Of a stretch of DNA of 64,000 bases, positions 1-11,380 are shown piece after piece. Source of the DNA: Nemertoderma westbladi (taxonomy: Eukaryota; Animalia; Xenacoelomorpha). Below the pieces are notes generated by a model. The model worked only from the letters and a program-made list of their open reading frames with translations, did no database searches and had not been told where the DNA came from. The stretch lies in the NCBI GenBank assembly GCA_032718475.1, contig JAUCBJ010008602.1, positions 35,976 to 99,975 of the forward strand, read 5' to 3'. Each line of letters starts with the position of its first letter. Position 1 is the first letter of the stretch. A program made the translations under genes and the position numbers.

Positions 1-1624
1 TGCATATGCACCGCAGGCTGTGATAAAAAGTGCAACCTAATAGAAAATGGTACTCGTCCTCTACTAAATTACAATCGCACATATTGCAAATTCGCTGGTC
101 CCTAGCTATACCGTACCATCGTCCCGTTTCAATACTCAGCCCGTATGATGAGCATCTAAATTGCGCAAAAAGCCGGCGCAACGCTAAATGATTACTCAAT
201 ACGTAAATGTAAGCAGGTAAGTAGAGGGTTTGAATATTTCCTTTATATAAAATCTTCCTTTTGGGGACGATGCTACTTCTGATCTCCAAAATTGCACAAA
301 CTGATCAGTGATACGTTGCTTTACATTGAATAGAAAAGTATTACCGGTAACACTATTACCTACATCCTGATTTTGCCAAGCCCAACTAAATCCTAAATCA
401 TTTAGTATTCCTCTTAATTGCACAACCCAACATTTTGGCGTTAAATGACTACTACTACTATCTAGTACGTTATTCAAATCATTGCACAACATTAAATAAG
501 CCTGTTTCACCAACCTAGTATTTGGTAGATTAATAATTCTGGTCCAATACTTAACTATTCTGAATCGACGTTCGAAAATAAGTGGTAATTGACCTGTCTC
601 TCCATATACTGCAAAATTTGGAGTAGTTTTTTTTTAACACCCAGAAAATTTTTCAGAAACCGTAAGTGTACCCTTTCTACATCATCAGCTGTATCAAAAC
701 CCCAAATTTCAGCACCGTACATTAAAATAGGTTTCACTAAAGTGTTGAATAAATTTATAGCACAATCGAAAGTAGCATGGGGAAATCGTACAAAGTACAA
801 TGTTACTTTGAGCAATATAAAATTTTCCAGATACCGTGAAGATAATACCTAAATATGTGTAGTGATTAATTTTTGGCATCACTTTGTTATTGTAGTAAAA
901 TTGCACCGCCGATGGACGACCTTTGTGACCAAAAACAACAACATTAGATTTATCTAAGTTTACTTCCAAGCACCAATATTTACAATAAAATTCTAGAATT
1001 ATTAGGGATTGCTGTAAAGCTGACTCAGTCTCTACCAATATAACGATGTCGTCAGCAAATAGCAATAAGAATAATTTCATCGTACCAAATTCATCTATAC
1101 CTTCAATGCCACCTTGTCTTAATTCGTTTTCCAAATCATTAATAAAAATACTGAACAAAAAGGGTGATAAGCTCTCACCTTGTCTTACTCCTATAGATAC
1201 GAAAAATGTTTCTGACAATTTACCATCTACTTTTACACATGACTTTACACTACTATACATATTCTTAATAACATTTAGCATTTTGCCACCCGCACCTAAA
1301 TTGATTAATTTCAACCATAAAGCTGCACGACTAACTGAATCGAATGCCTTTTTCAGGTCAATAAAAGCACAATATAATTTTTTCTTACGAGTTAACAAAA
1401 AGTGATCAATAAGCGCACGTAAAACAAACATTTGGTCAACTGTAGAAAACCCTGCTCGAAAACCACCCTGGGCTTCAACTACAATACCATAACAATCTGC
1501 CCACCATTGTAAACGACTATTAATAACGGATGTGAATAATTTACCCAAAATTGACAACAGAGTTATTCCCCTATAGTTACCGGGATCCGACTTTTCCCCT
1601 TTTTAAACAATGGACATATAATAC
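1..1624 (-). mobile_element. Non-LTR retrotransposon (LINE, RTE-X-like) ORF2, RT domain and C-terminal region, frameshifted
   Basis: ORF 709-1557 has NYRGITLLS, QGGFR, FIDLKKAFDSV, GVRQGESLSPFLF, LLFADD and YLGI RT motifs. It continues through frameshifts into VKPILMYGAEIWG and QRITDQFVQFW. The clade assignment is from remembered motif style only. Confidence 0.9.
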
Positions 1625-2809
1625 TGTTCGCGCTTTTAAGACCTTTGGCAGTTTAACCTGCCAAATCTATATGTCTTCTAGGTTATAAATCGACTTTAGC
1701 CTATGACAAGTATTTGACACAAATAAATCCAACATTAGCCGAAGCCAGTCTATGCGCGACCATTCACCCGCTGGATATACCCGGGAGACTGGATTCGGAT
1801 GCTTTAATTTGATTGCGGTGCAGGCCTACCGTACTATTCGATTGATCGTTAATATAATTCCTGACAAATATCATTCACTTTCGGGAAATATTAGCAGTTC
1901 CTTTAGGACGTGGCGCTCTATCTATATAAACAGAGCTATGGCTTACACTAAACACAACGGAATGGATTATAAGTTACACATAAGGCGCATTCTTTAGGAG
2001 ATGCTTTGTTACGCGGACAAGCACATACAGACTATTGCACACCGCTGCACACTGAATTGCCGATAGTCACTGATTTTAATCATATATAAAGAGAATAGCA
2101 ACCGACATTTGTAGGGCCTATAAAATAGCATTCAATTCACTACAAACCACGATAATATAAGTCGCAATTGCTATATGTAACCGGTCTCTCTAACCTTAGT
2201 GTATCAAGAAGATCGGGGTTTCTGATCGTTTATCGTTATTCTCCAAATAACAATATGTAAACAACTGATACAATTAATAACAAACAGTAAATAGCAGTAA
2301 ATAATGTGCAATACAGCAGTAGGTACCGTACCGTACCGTACCGTACCGGTCCACTGCGTGCCACTGCGGTAACAGTTATGTGTTCTTATAATTAAAGTCG
2401 TTCTAATGTTGGAATAAAACATAATAATTCCATAGCCGATGTTCATGGCATCAGGAAAACCAACACACTGAACCCTGTGAGCTGTTGCAGGTAGCTTTCA
2501 ACACAAAGAGGAAAAGCTCTCATTGGCAGAGCTCCATATTCCACAGATTCCACGAATGTCTAAATGCCGAACTATTCGGGTTTTTGCAGCCCTTAGCCAA
2601 CACACAGGATGAATCACTCTGCTTGGTTGACCTTGCTCTGGTTGGTTGATCGAACAGAACAAAGAGGCCATACGTACAGCAAATCAGCCAATCAGCCGGT
2701 AGCTTGCATCATTTGAGTTAGGGAGTTTTTCTTTAGAGTATTTGAGCGCATTGAGGGAAACTGGATTGCGAAGCAAAAGGGCCAGTTATATCCCACAAAA
2801 GCTTTTACA
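1625..2809 (-). repeat. 3' LTR of copy 1
   Basis: Nearly identical to 6495-7408. It shares termini (TGTAAAAGCTTTTG...GCGCGAACA) with the other LTRs, and the purine-rich GGGAGCGG lies immediately upstream on the minus strand. Confidence 0.92.
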
Positions 2810-2887
2810 CCGCTCCCAGAAAATGGGATTTAATTCTATAAAATATAAAAAATCACAGTTTCTAAAATATAAAAATACTCTAAACAG

Positions 2888-3289
2888 TTAGTCTGTCTTG
2901 CGTGGACGGCGTTTACGCAGTTTTTTAAAGCTAGCAAGAGTCCTTTTCTCTTTGGGGGGAGCCACTTTACTAGGAGGGCCATAACTCCTGGGTGAAGGGT
3001 GCAATATGATTGCATCAGAAGGTGTAGGATTATGGTTGGGGTATCCACCGTTTCGATGGTAAGGGTTAAACGGCGATATTAAATGTCCGCGTCCCAATCC
3101 GGCTAGGTAGGATGGGCTAATATCTAGGAAGCCCACAACCGGGGTGCCACCGACTAATTGTTCAGGTAACACTAGATCTTTGAACAGTGAGTACAGCTTG
3201 GGAGGATCTGTCATACTAATAGGATCAAGAGTCTGAGGTCTCACTAGGGAATGAGGAGGTCTGATTGAGTATTCCGAAACTCTGATCAT
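2888..3289 (-). CDS. Accessory ORF-B of the BEL family (133 aa, internally deleted version, basic C-terminal tail)
   Basis: ATG lies 8 nt after the ORF-A stop. It reads MIRVSEYSIRPPH...KKLRKRRPRKTD*, with many synonymous differences versus copy 3. Confidence 0.65.
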   Translation of the reverse strand: MIRVSEYSIRPPHSLVRPQTLDPISMTDPPKLYSLFKDLVLPEQLVGGTPVVGFLDISPSYLAGLGRGHLISPFNPYHRNGGYPNHNPTPSDAIILHPSPRSYGPPSKVAPPKEKRTLASFKKLRKRRPRKTD

Positions 3290-3297
3290 AGGTTTAT

Positions 3298-4120
3298 TTA
3301 AGGATCGTCTGAGTCGAACGAGCGTAGGTGATACATCGAACAAGTTTCGCTCGAAACTCCCGTAAATATAGCGAGTAAAACCGTGTTTAGTGCAACGTCT
3401 CCGCGGATGTTTAGGTCTTTCCGTTTGTTGGTTGGGTCTAGGGCATTCATCGCAATAATACCAAAGACGCACGTCTTGTAGGGGAAACGCGAGTGATCTT
3501 TCTCCAGCTTACAATATTCCTCCATCTGTTCGAAGCTATCCGGTACAACAGGTAGCGGTCGATCGGCGGTAAGATACATCATAGTGGAATAGAGCCGTTT
3601 GAGTTCTACCATGCGGTCATGATATATACCTTGAGGATATCGAGTTTCTAGATTCTGTTGACTGGTAATATCGAGATATGTTTCTCTCAAGAATTCCAGA
3701 TATTTTGGTGAAGTCGCTGCGTTTATCTGGCTCTTCAACATCTTCACTTTCGAGTCGGTTTCGAATAGAATTTTCGTGTTCGAATCTCAGTTTATCGTTC
3801 CGCTTCCGCTGGGTATGATATTTAAATAAAACCATTTCCCTTTCGGTGTCTATATCGTTCGTATCGTGTAGGTCGATAGGATGACCAGTAGTTAAGAAGT
3901 CCATATACGTACCATTACGATGCGTATAGCGAGCGGTGAATTTTCTATAGTCCAATTCACGCGTAAGTTGTTCCTGGGACATTGGCGGTTCGATATAACG
4001 ACCATCGTCCTCCATAGTAGTTGGACCAGCGTCGCCGCGTATCAAGCTATCAACAAATGCTTGTAAAGGTAGAGTATATCGCTCCCTGATACCAAGATCA
4101 TCTTCTATCAACTCAATCAT
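3298..4120 (-). pseudogene. Accessory ORF-A of the BEL family (about 273 aa, unknown function), one +1 frameshift near 3710
   Basis: Track ORFs 3617-4120 and 3298-3747 join if 1 nt is removed. Copy 3 reads through this point (EPDKRGNSNVYLEFLRET). Differences between copies near the C-terminus favour the ...FDSDDP* frame. Confidence 0.7.
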
Positions 4121-5769
4121 ATCTGCTATATAAGTTTATCCATATTATAATGAGTTTATATTTAGGCGAGCGGGCGTCGCTGCCTACCCCTCTCTGCCCC
4201 CGGACAGTGCGAGATCCTCAGCGCTGGTGTACTTTCGCCGATGTGCCTATCGCCAACGTTGTAGCTGCACAACGACTACAACAACCAGCACGAGTCACTC
4301 CATCGTCCGTCCCAAAGGCTGAGATATACTTCAGGTTCTTACTGTAGAGTTAGGGCTACTTTCACAATTGCAACTCGCTACTGTAAACACACCTTAGTAG
4401 TAACATTCATCTACAAACGCACAAATTCCACGTAACTGTCACAAATGGTACACATTCTATCACACATTCGGGTCATTTGTCCGTTAGTCAAGTGCTTTCC
4501 AGAATGTCACGTTGTTATTATGTATCCTTGGATACTAGCAGTGCGCTATTTATTCCCTATGCTATTCAATGGGGCAAGCTTTCTATTGTTCTTTTAACTC
4601 ACTTCTAATTCTAGCGTGGTTGTTGCCATGGTGACATTATGGAAAGCTAGCGGTAGAATTAGGGTAATTCCCATGCATACAGATCTGGGATGCTATTTAA
4701 TAGTAATTCTTTAATGGTCAATATCCCCTTTATACATGATTTTATGAATTTTATCGGCTATTGACTATATATTGGAGATTCTCGCACACTAATACACTTA
4801 ATAGAGTGAATCTCCGCTCCCATGATCTATTAATTAAAGGAATTTTGGGAATGTTATAAATTGTATAAAAATGACAATTTATTAAATTCATTAAAATATA
4901 TGAATTTAAATTTATTCCCGTAAATTTTATTATTTAATGTTAAATAGACACAATTTTATTCCAGAACGTGTCTGGGGACTGGGATCCTTGATTCTAGGAA
5001 TTTTGTCTTTTTAAGAGTATCGGTAAGTGCTACGATATCTTAATCGACTAGAATTTTAAAGGATTCAAAATTCGATAGATTTTGTAAATATTAATAATTA
5101 ATATTTAGGATGGGCACCAGTTTATTCCAGAACTTGTCTGGGGACGTTAACCACTGATTCTAGAATTTTGTCTTTCAAGTATATCGGTGGGTGCCGCGAT
5201 ATCTTAATCGACTAGAATTACAGATGGTCAAAGGGTTTAACAGATTTATTTGCGTTGTACGCTACTGTTAAAGGGACATCACGCTACTATATGTATTATT
5301 TAATATACGGTATGAGAGCAATATCGCACGAAGCAATGTCAGTGAGAAGAGGCAAGTCGTTTCCAAGGTCTACCCAGAGCTTGGTTTAGCCGAGACACGA
5401 GGATCTGAATTTTGCATTCCTAATACTGTGCTTACCAATAATACTTAAATATAGTAGGAGCTTTATTGTACTTTAATAAGTACGGACATTTCATCTTACT
5501 GTAGTTACGTATTTGTAATGTAATACGGACAGTAAGGAAGGAGAAAAAGAATTATTTCTCGCCATCGCACTAAATATATAATATATAAGTAATTAAGTAA
5601 TAAACGCTAATATACATTGCACTAATCTACTAAATAATCGCTAAAATAACATTCTACTAAATAAAATTAAAGAAAACGATTATAATAAAATTACATAATA
5701 ATACATACATAATATAAAATAATAAAATAAATATAAAATAATATAGTCACACACCCACTCCGTATGTTG

Positions 5770-6490
5770 TTACGTTATGGAGTCCCTAGATATTTGTTGG
5801 ATTAGGGAGGTGGTCGTGGGAAGAGTATCTTGCCTTCCATAGTTTCCGGACAGTTTTCGGTCTCTTTCCAGTAAACATAATCGACCAGCTGGGCGATTGA
5901 GTGGTTGTATTACTTTCTCCGCTCCCTTGGCCTGTCTAATCTTCGCCGGGGTAAGGTGAGGAGGCCATTCATCTTCTTTACTTAGGAAGTCGGGTCCACC
6001 TAACCAGTCTGGAGTATCTGTCAGTTCTTGAGGAGTTGCTCCTCTGGAGGCGATGTCGGCTAGATTAATCGTCTCGGGGCAATGTCTCCATTGATCTACA
6101 TTGGAGTTGATGTCGTCATTATCTGAGGAGTATGGTCTTCCGTCAGTTGGATCGTTTAACTCACTGCTCTCATCTTCCCATTCTCTTACTTGATATACCT
6201 GATCTTTCGGTAATCTTTCCATGAGAGTTCTACGGGAAGGGCCAGTAAAGTACCAACCCACTCTAGTTCTTCCCGCATAAGCTTGTAGTGGTTGCGGTTG
6301 AGCAGGCCGTTTCTCCAATGTCTCGAGCGCTTCATGCGCATTTTGACCGATGAGTATTTGGACTCCAGGGTAATCGGTGTTGAATCTAGGTATTTCAAGC
6401 TGCTGGGTGAAATCGTCCTCATCCCAGTTATAAGGTTCCACTTGGCTGGTAGCGAAGTTCTTTATCGCTACCATTTTTACTGACCTTATG
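5770..6490 (-). pseudogene. pol remnant of copy 1 (post-protease region fused to RNase H tail and integrase tail)
   Basis: Matches copy 3 pol, with in-frame junctions DNDDI|NSNV|DQWRHC and AEKV|IQPLNRPAGRLCLLERD. Confidence 0.88.
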
Positions 6491-6494
6491 CTGT

Positions 6495-7408
6495 AGTTCC
6501 TTTAGGATGTGGCGCTCTATCTATATAAACAGAGCTATGGCTTACACTAAACACAACGGAATGGATTATAAGTTACACATAAGGCGCATTCTTTAGGAGA
6601 TGCTTTGTTACGCGGACAAGCACATACAGACTATTGCACACCGCTGCACACTGAATTGCCGATAGTCACTGATTTTAATCATATATAAAGAGAATAGCAA
6701 CCGACATTTGTAGGGCCTATAAAATAGCATTCAATTCACTACAAACCACGATAATATAAGTCGCAATTGCTATATGTAACCGGTCTCTCTAACCTTAGTG
6801 TATCAAGAAGATCGGGGTTTCTGATCGTTTATCGTTATTCTCCAAATAACAATATGTAAACAACTGATACAATTAATAACAAACAGTAAATAGCAGTAAA
6901 TAATGTGCAATACAGCAGTAGGTACCGTACCGTACCGTACCGTACCGGTCCACTGCGTGCCGCTGCGGTAACAGTTATGTGTTCTTATAATTAAAGTCGT
7001 TCTAATGTTGGAATAAAACAGAATAATTCCATAGCCGATGTTCATGGCATCAGGAAAACCAACACACTGAACCCTGTGAGCTGTTGCAGGTAGCTTTCAA
7101 CACAAAGAGGAAAAGCTCTCATTGGCAGAGCTCCATATTCCACAGATTCCACGAATGTCTAAATGCCGAACTATTCGAGTTTTTGCAGCCCTTAGCCAAC
7201 ACACAGGATGAATCACTCTGCTTGGTTGACCTTGCTCTGGTTGGTTGATCGAACAGAACAAAGAGGCCATACGTACAGCAAATCAGCCAATCAGCCGGTA
7301 GCTTGCATCATTTGAGTTAGGGAGTTTTTCTTTAGAGTATTTGAGCGCATTGAGGGAAACTGGATTGCGAAGCAAAAGGGCCAGTTATATCCCACAAAAG
7401 CTTTTACA
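6495..7408 (-). repeat. 5' LTR of copy 1, 3'-truncated by an internal deletion that joins it to the protease region
   Basis: Matches about 1895-2809 with about 4 visible substitutions. At about 6495 it is joined directly to pol sequence (SIRSVKMVAIK). Confidence 0.88.
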
Positions 7409-8250
7409 AATACCAATTGTCCAATCTCGTGGAAAATTGCCCGAATCCAAAATAGCACTAAATAATAATGTTAACACCGGTACTAACTGATCCCGACCTT
7501 CAATAATAAATTCACTTATAATATTGTCTACACCTGGAGATTTACCGTGCTTTAACTTATTAATAGCGTTATTTACTTCTACTTCATCAAATGGCATACT
7601 CAAATCATTCTCAAAACAATTTCTACTTTCAATTATAATATTAACATTTCTATCAACGTAACTACTACAATTCCTTCCCATATCCTGAAAATTTGAATTG
7701 TTTGAACTAAGTCGCTCGAAATATTGTTTAAACTGGTTAATAGATGGTTCATTTGCCCTTCTCGGAATAGCAACCCGGCAAATAGATTTCAATTTTTTCC
7801 AAAACTTTTTCGGGTCTGACACACGTGCCAGGTTCAGGCGCTGCGCTTCATTTCTCGAATATTCAAATCGGGTTTTACGCAGGGTTGCTTTATATTGAGC
7901 ACGCCTCCTTTGAAGTAAGGAATACGCTTCAGGTGCTCCAGAACTTTTCCAATTAGACAACGCACTATTAAAAGCCAACTTTGCATCCCTACATTCTAAA
8001 TTAAACCAAATTGCACCATTACAAAAGGATTAACATTACCTTGTTCGTTATCAGTTCGATGTAATGATAAAATTTCTGCCTGACGATCGAATATATCCGA
8101 AAGGTTCCCCACCGCAGCGTCTAAATTTTGCAGTGGAAAATTAACATCGGAGATAATTAGGTCACCAATATTCTGCAGCTCGTTTATCATATTTGCAATT
8201 TTCATATTCGCATTAAATTGCTGTTTAACTCTATCATTCCAAAAATAACG
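7409..8250 (-). mobile_element. Upstream part of the same LINE ORF2 (pre-RT region), separated by the LTR element insertion
   Basis: ORF 7385-7978 ends KLKHGKSPGVDNI...FPRDWTIGI, which rejoins ICPLFKK-KSDPGNYRG at about 1620 once the insertion is removed. Confidence 0.88.
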
Positions 8251-8305
8251 GATTCAATTCCGCCTCACCAACCCCCATAAAGTGGGAAAGAGCGCCTTTA
8301 AGCAA

Positions 8306-8356
8306 TATTGGGGAGTACGAGGTTGATTGCCAATCAACCTCGTATCACCCCCAATA
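8306..8356. repeat. Near-perfect palindrome/hairpin
   Basis: TACGAGGTTGATTG-C-CAATCAACCTCGTA (8316-8344), extended by TATTGGGG...CCCCAATA. Confidence 0.85.
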
Positions 8357-8832
8357 AACGGGGACGACAAACCCCAAAGGGCCTCACACAATAGAGGTTA
8401 GAGGTCAAGCTACCTCAAGGAGAGAGAGTAACAGCAGCGGGGGGGGGGGGGGGGGGAACACCCCCGCAGAGCTGAAGGCGTGAAGTAGGTTATCAACCAA
8501 TGGAGCGGGGGCAGGAGAGGCATCAGCTAGGTAATAGGGCCAACGTAGCGTATATTTCCGGGTGGTGTTTATCATATTATCCAGTTATCTCAGTACAGTT
8601 AGGGCAGAACGGTGACTTTTATTACCGTCCGCTGCCGCCACCATCATCAACTGTTCTACCGGTATATTCATTCACTTAACATTCAATTAACTGTGTCTAC
8701 ACTTTATTCCATTATTATATCATTATATTTATACAACAACATCAGAACTCTCAATCCAACAAACTCTTTTCACACACGGCGGGGACGCGTAAATAAAACA
8801 ACCTGTCGGGATTCTCGGATCCCGTCACAAGA

Positions 8833-9483
8833 TTACTAGTTCGAGTTATTCTAAAATATACTACAGACTTGCACATTAGATTACTAGTTCGAGTTATACT
8901 AAAATATGCTACAGACTTGCACATTAGGCATTACTAGTTCGAGTTATACTAAAATATACGACAGACTTGCACATTAGATTACTAGTTCGAGTTATACTAA
9001 AATATACTACAGACTTGCACATTAGGCATTACTAGTTTGAGTTATACTAAAATATACGACAGACTTGCACAATATACATTACTAGTTCGAGTTATACTAA
9101 AATAGACTACAGACTTGCACAGTAGACATTACTAGTTCGAGTTATACTAAAATATACTACAAACTTGCACATGAGATTAATAGTTCGAGTTTTTCTAAAA
9201 TACACTATAGACTTGCAAAGTAGACATTACTAGTTCGAGTTATACTAAAATATACTACAAACTTGCACATGAGATTAATAGTTCGAGTTTTTCTAAAATA
9301 CACTATAGACTTGCAAAGTAGACATTAGTAGTTCGAGTTATACTAAAATATACGACAGACTTGCACAATAGACATTACTAGTTCGAGTTATACTAAAATA
9401 TACAACAGACTGCACATTAGACATTACGAGTTCGAGTTATACTAAAACATACTACAGACTTGCAAATTAGATTGCTAGTTCAA
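8833..9483 (+). repeat. 48-50-bp tandem repeat, about 13 copies
   Basis: Unit TTACTAGTTCGAGTTATACTAAAATATACTACAGACTTGCACATTAGA(CA). About 1.5 inverted units occur at 10916-10989. Confidence 0.95.
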
Positions 9484-9494
9484 GCTCATGATAT

Positions 9495-10779
9495 TACAAG
9501 TTAGGAGCCCGCTCGACAGCGGGATACTTACTGTAAAAATCTGCAGGATACTTACTGTAAAAATCTCAGGATATATAACACTGACTGACTGACTGACTGA
9601 TAATTATCTAGGTTCAGGCACTTCCTGCCTGGCGATTTTGATGAAATTTTGCAAGTGCATTGCTTTGGTGGTTCATAATCGCGTTACAAAATATCAGATC
9701 AATTCTATGTGTGGTATTCGATATATTTATTTTTTTGACATTATTTTGTCGCAAAATTAAAAGCAATGGTAAAATAATAACTCCTGCCTGAGCTGCAGCA
9801 GCTAGCTGTGGAGTAGGAACGGTGGAGTGCAGGGCTGTCTGAGATAGAATTCCAACCAGGCGGAATTTCTTGACTTTGACTACACACCTCCTGCCTGCCT
9901 TTGCCTTGTAGGAGCAGCGCTGCTGGATGAGTCTACACTTCCTTATCAGCTCTCAGGTATAGACAGAAAATAGTTGAGTTGTCAATAAACATAATAAAAT
10001 ATACAACTGCAGTAGGATTATATTATTATTCCACGAATCCTTGGGCTGATTATTTTGTATAGGATATATGTAGAAAGTTCTTAGAAATAATATTCTTATT
10101 TTTATTATTACATAGAATTAGCATCATTTTTTAGCTGAAGCATTAATAGTGCAAATTAATTTAATTATATTTTAATACCATTACTACATTGGCATAAGAT
10201 AAGTTTTAACATTTCTTACAAATATTATAAAACTCAATAGTGGTGCGAGCATAAAAATCAAATCACGAAAATTTAAAAGAACCGGGTGTGTTGTCATAAT
10301 ATCTATCTCCATAGGTTATTCTGCTTGACCGGGTCTTGGTGCGGCTTTGCTTTTGGGACGGGTTGCTGATTGAAAGGGGGGTTGAAGGGGGGAACTGTCC
10401 CCCCTTTTCACTTTGACTGATTTGCGGTGTTGTTAAATTTCTTGGATATAGTTGTTGTGATGGTAAAATTTAATTTCTTTCTATTGTTAGTTTTGTTCTG
10501 TAATGCAGCATTGGTTGATTGCCTTAGCAGCCGGTGTTGAAATATTCGTATGGAAATGGAGTCTGCATTTATAATATAGGGTGGTTCTAGGGTGGGTTAA
10601 GGGTCATCACTCGCTCGGTGTCCTGGTTGTGCATCATAGGCATTTTTTCATAAATATTCGGTAATCGTATATCTTGTAAACGTGCTTGATAATGAAATTA
10701 TTTGCTTCATATTATATTTTTGTTAGTGGTAGCAAAGTTAAAGTTTTTAATATGTGGGACGATCCACAAAGTCAGCTAG
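9495..10779 (+). mobile_element. Possible non-autonomous rolling-circle-type (Helitron/Helentron-like) element
   Basis: A 5' hairpin (CCCGCTCGACAGCGGG) is followed by an (ACTG)n microsatellite. The 3' end TGTGGGACGATCCACA hairpin is followed by GTCAGCTAG. Confidence 0.35.
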
Positions 10780-11380
10780 CCTCACGCCTTACAGTTTAGA
10801 CAATTGTTTAGTTTAGGCCTACTTACTAGGCCTACAGCTGACTGACATAGTTTATTTGTAATAGTCTTGGCTAGGATTCTTCCCCCGGGCTCCGTCCAGC
10901 CAGCTTGCTGGCTTTCTAGTAATCTCATGTGCAAGTCTGTTGTATATTTTAGTATAAATCGAACTAGTAATCTAATGTGCAAGTTTGTCTTAAATTATAT
11001 TTAAATTTGTTTCGTCTGTCGGTACCGGTAATGTTTGTATATACTTTATATGAGATTTACTTTCGTTGTTCCTATTTTGTCTGAGTATTGTATTATAATC
11101 AATACGATTTCTCATCTTATTGGATAAATTAACTTGAATTTCCCCCTGTTAACAATAGCCAACACAGTAATTTTACAGTATTTAATGTAAATTTATTGTA
11201 ATCAAATATATAATTAACATCTGTGTTTATAATAGGTTAGTTGGTCATTATGAAAAAAAAATATATGTTTACGGTGGCTGAAGGCGGCCAAAATATAATT
11301 CAATAATTTGATAATAATATTTACTGACAGTGTTGTCACCGGTTATTAACTGTTATCCGATGTTAACCGGTTATTGTCAC

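Larger units (their letters stand above)
1625..7408 (-). mobile_element. BEL/Pao LTR retrotransposon, internally deleted copy 1
   Basis: TG...CA termini on the minus strand. The 5-bp TSD AATAC is at 1620-1624 and 7409-7413. The interior is homologous to the full-length copy at 37920-54198. Confidence 0.93.

Noticed and set aside
3290-3472. Cys/His-rich RLWYYCDECP...RRCTKH as a zinc finger at the start of track ORFs 2888-3472 and 52098-52526
   Set aside because: Differences between copies are mostly non-synonymous in this frame and more often synonymous in the overlapping ORF-A frame. ORF-B more likely starts at MIRV.
4150-4720. Antisense ORFs upstream of ORF-A (4150-4347, 30033-30236, 29728-29922)
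   Set aside because: The open frames differ between copies and contain stops. No consistent protein could be reconstructed.
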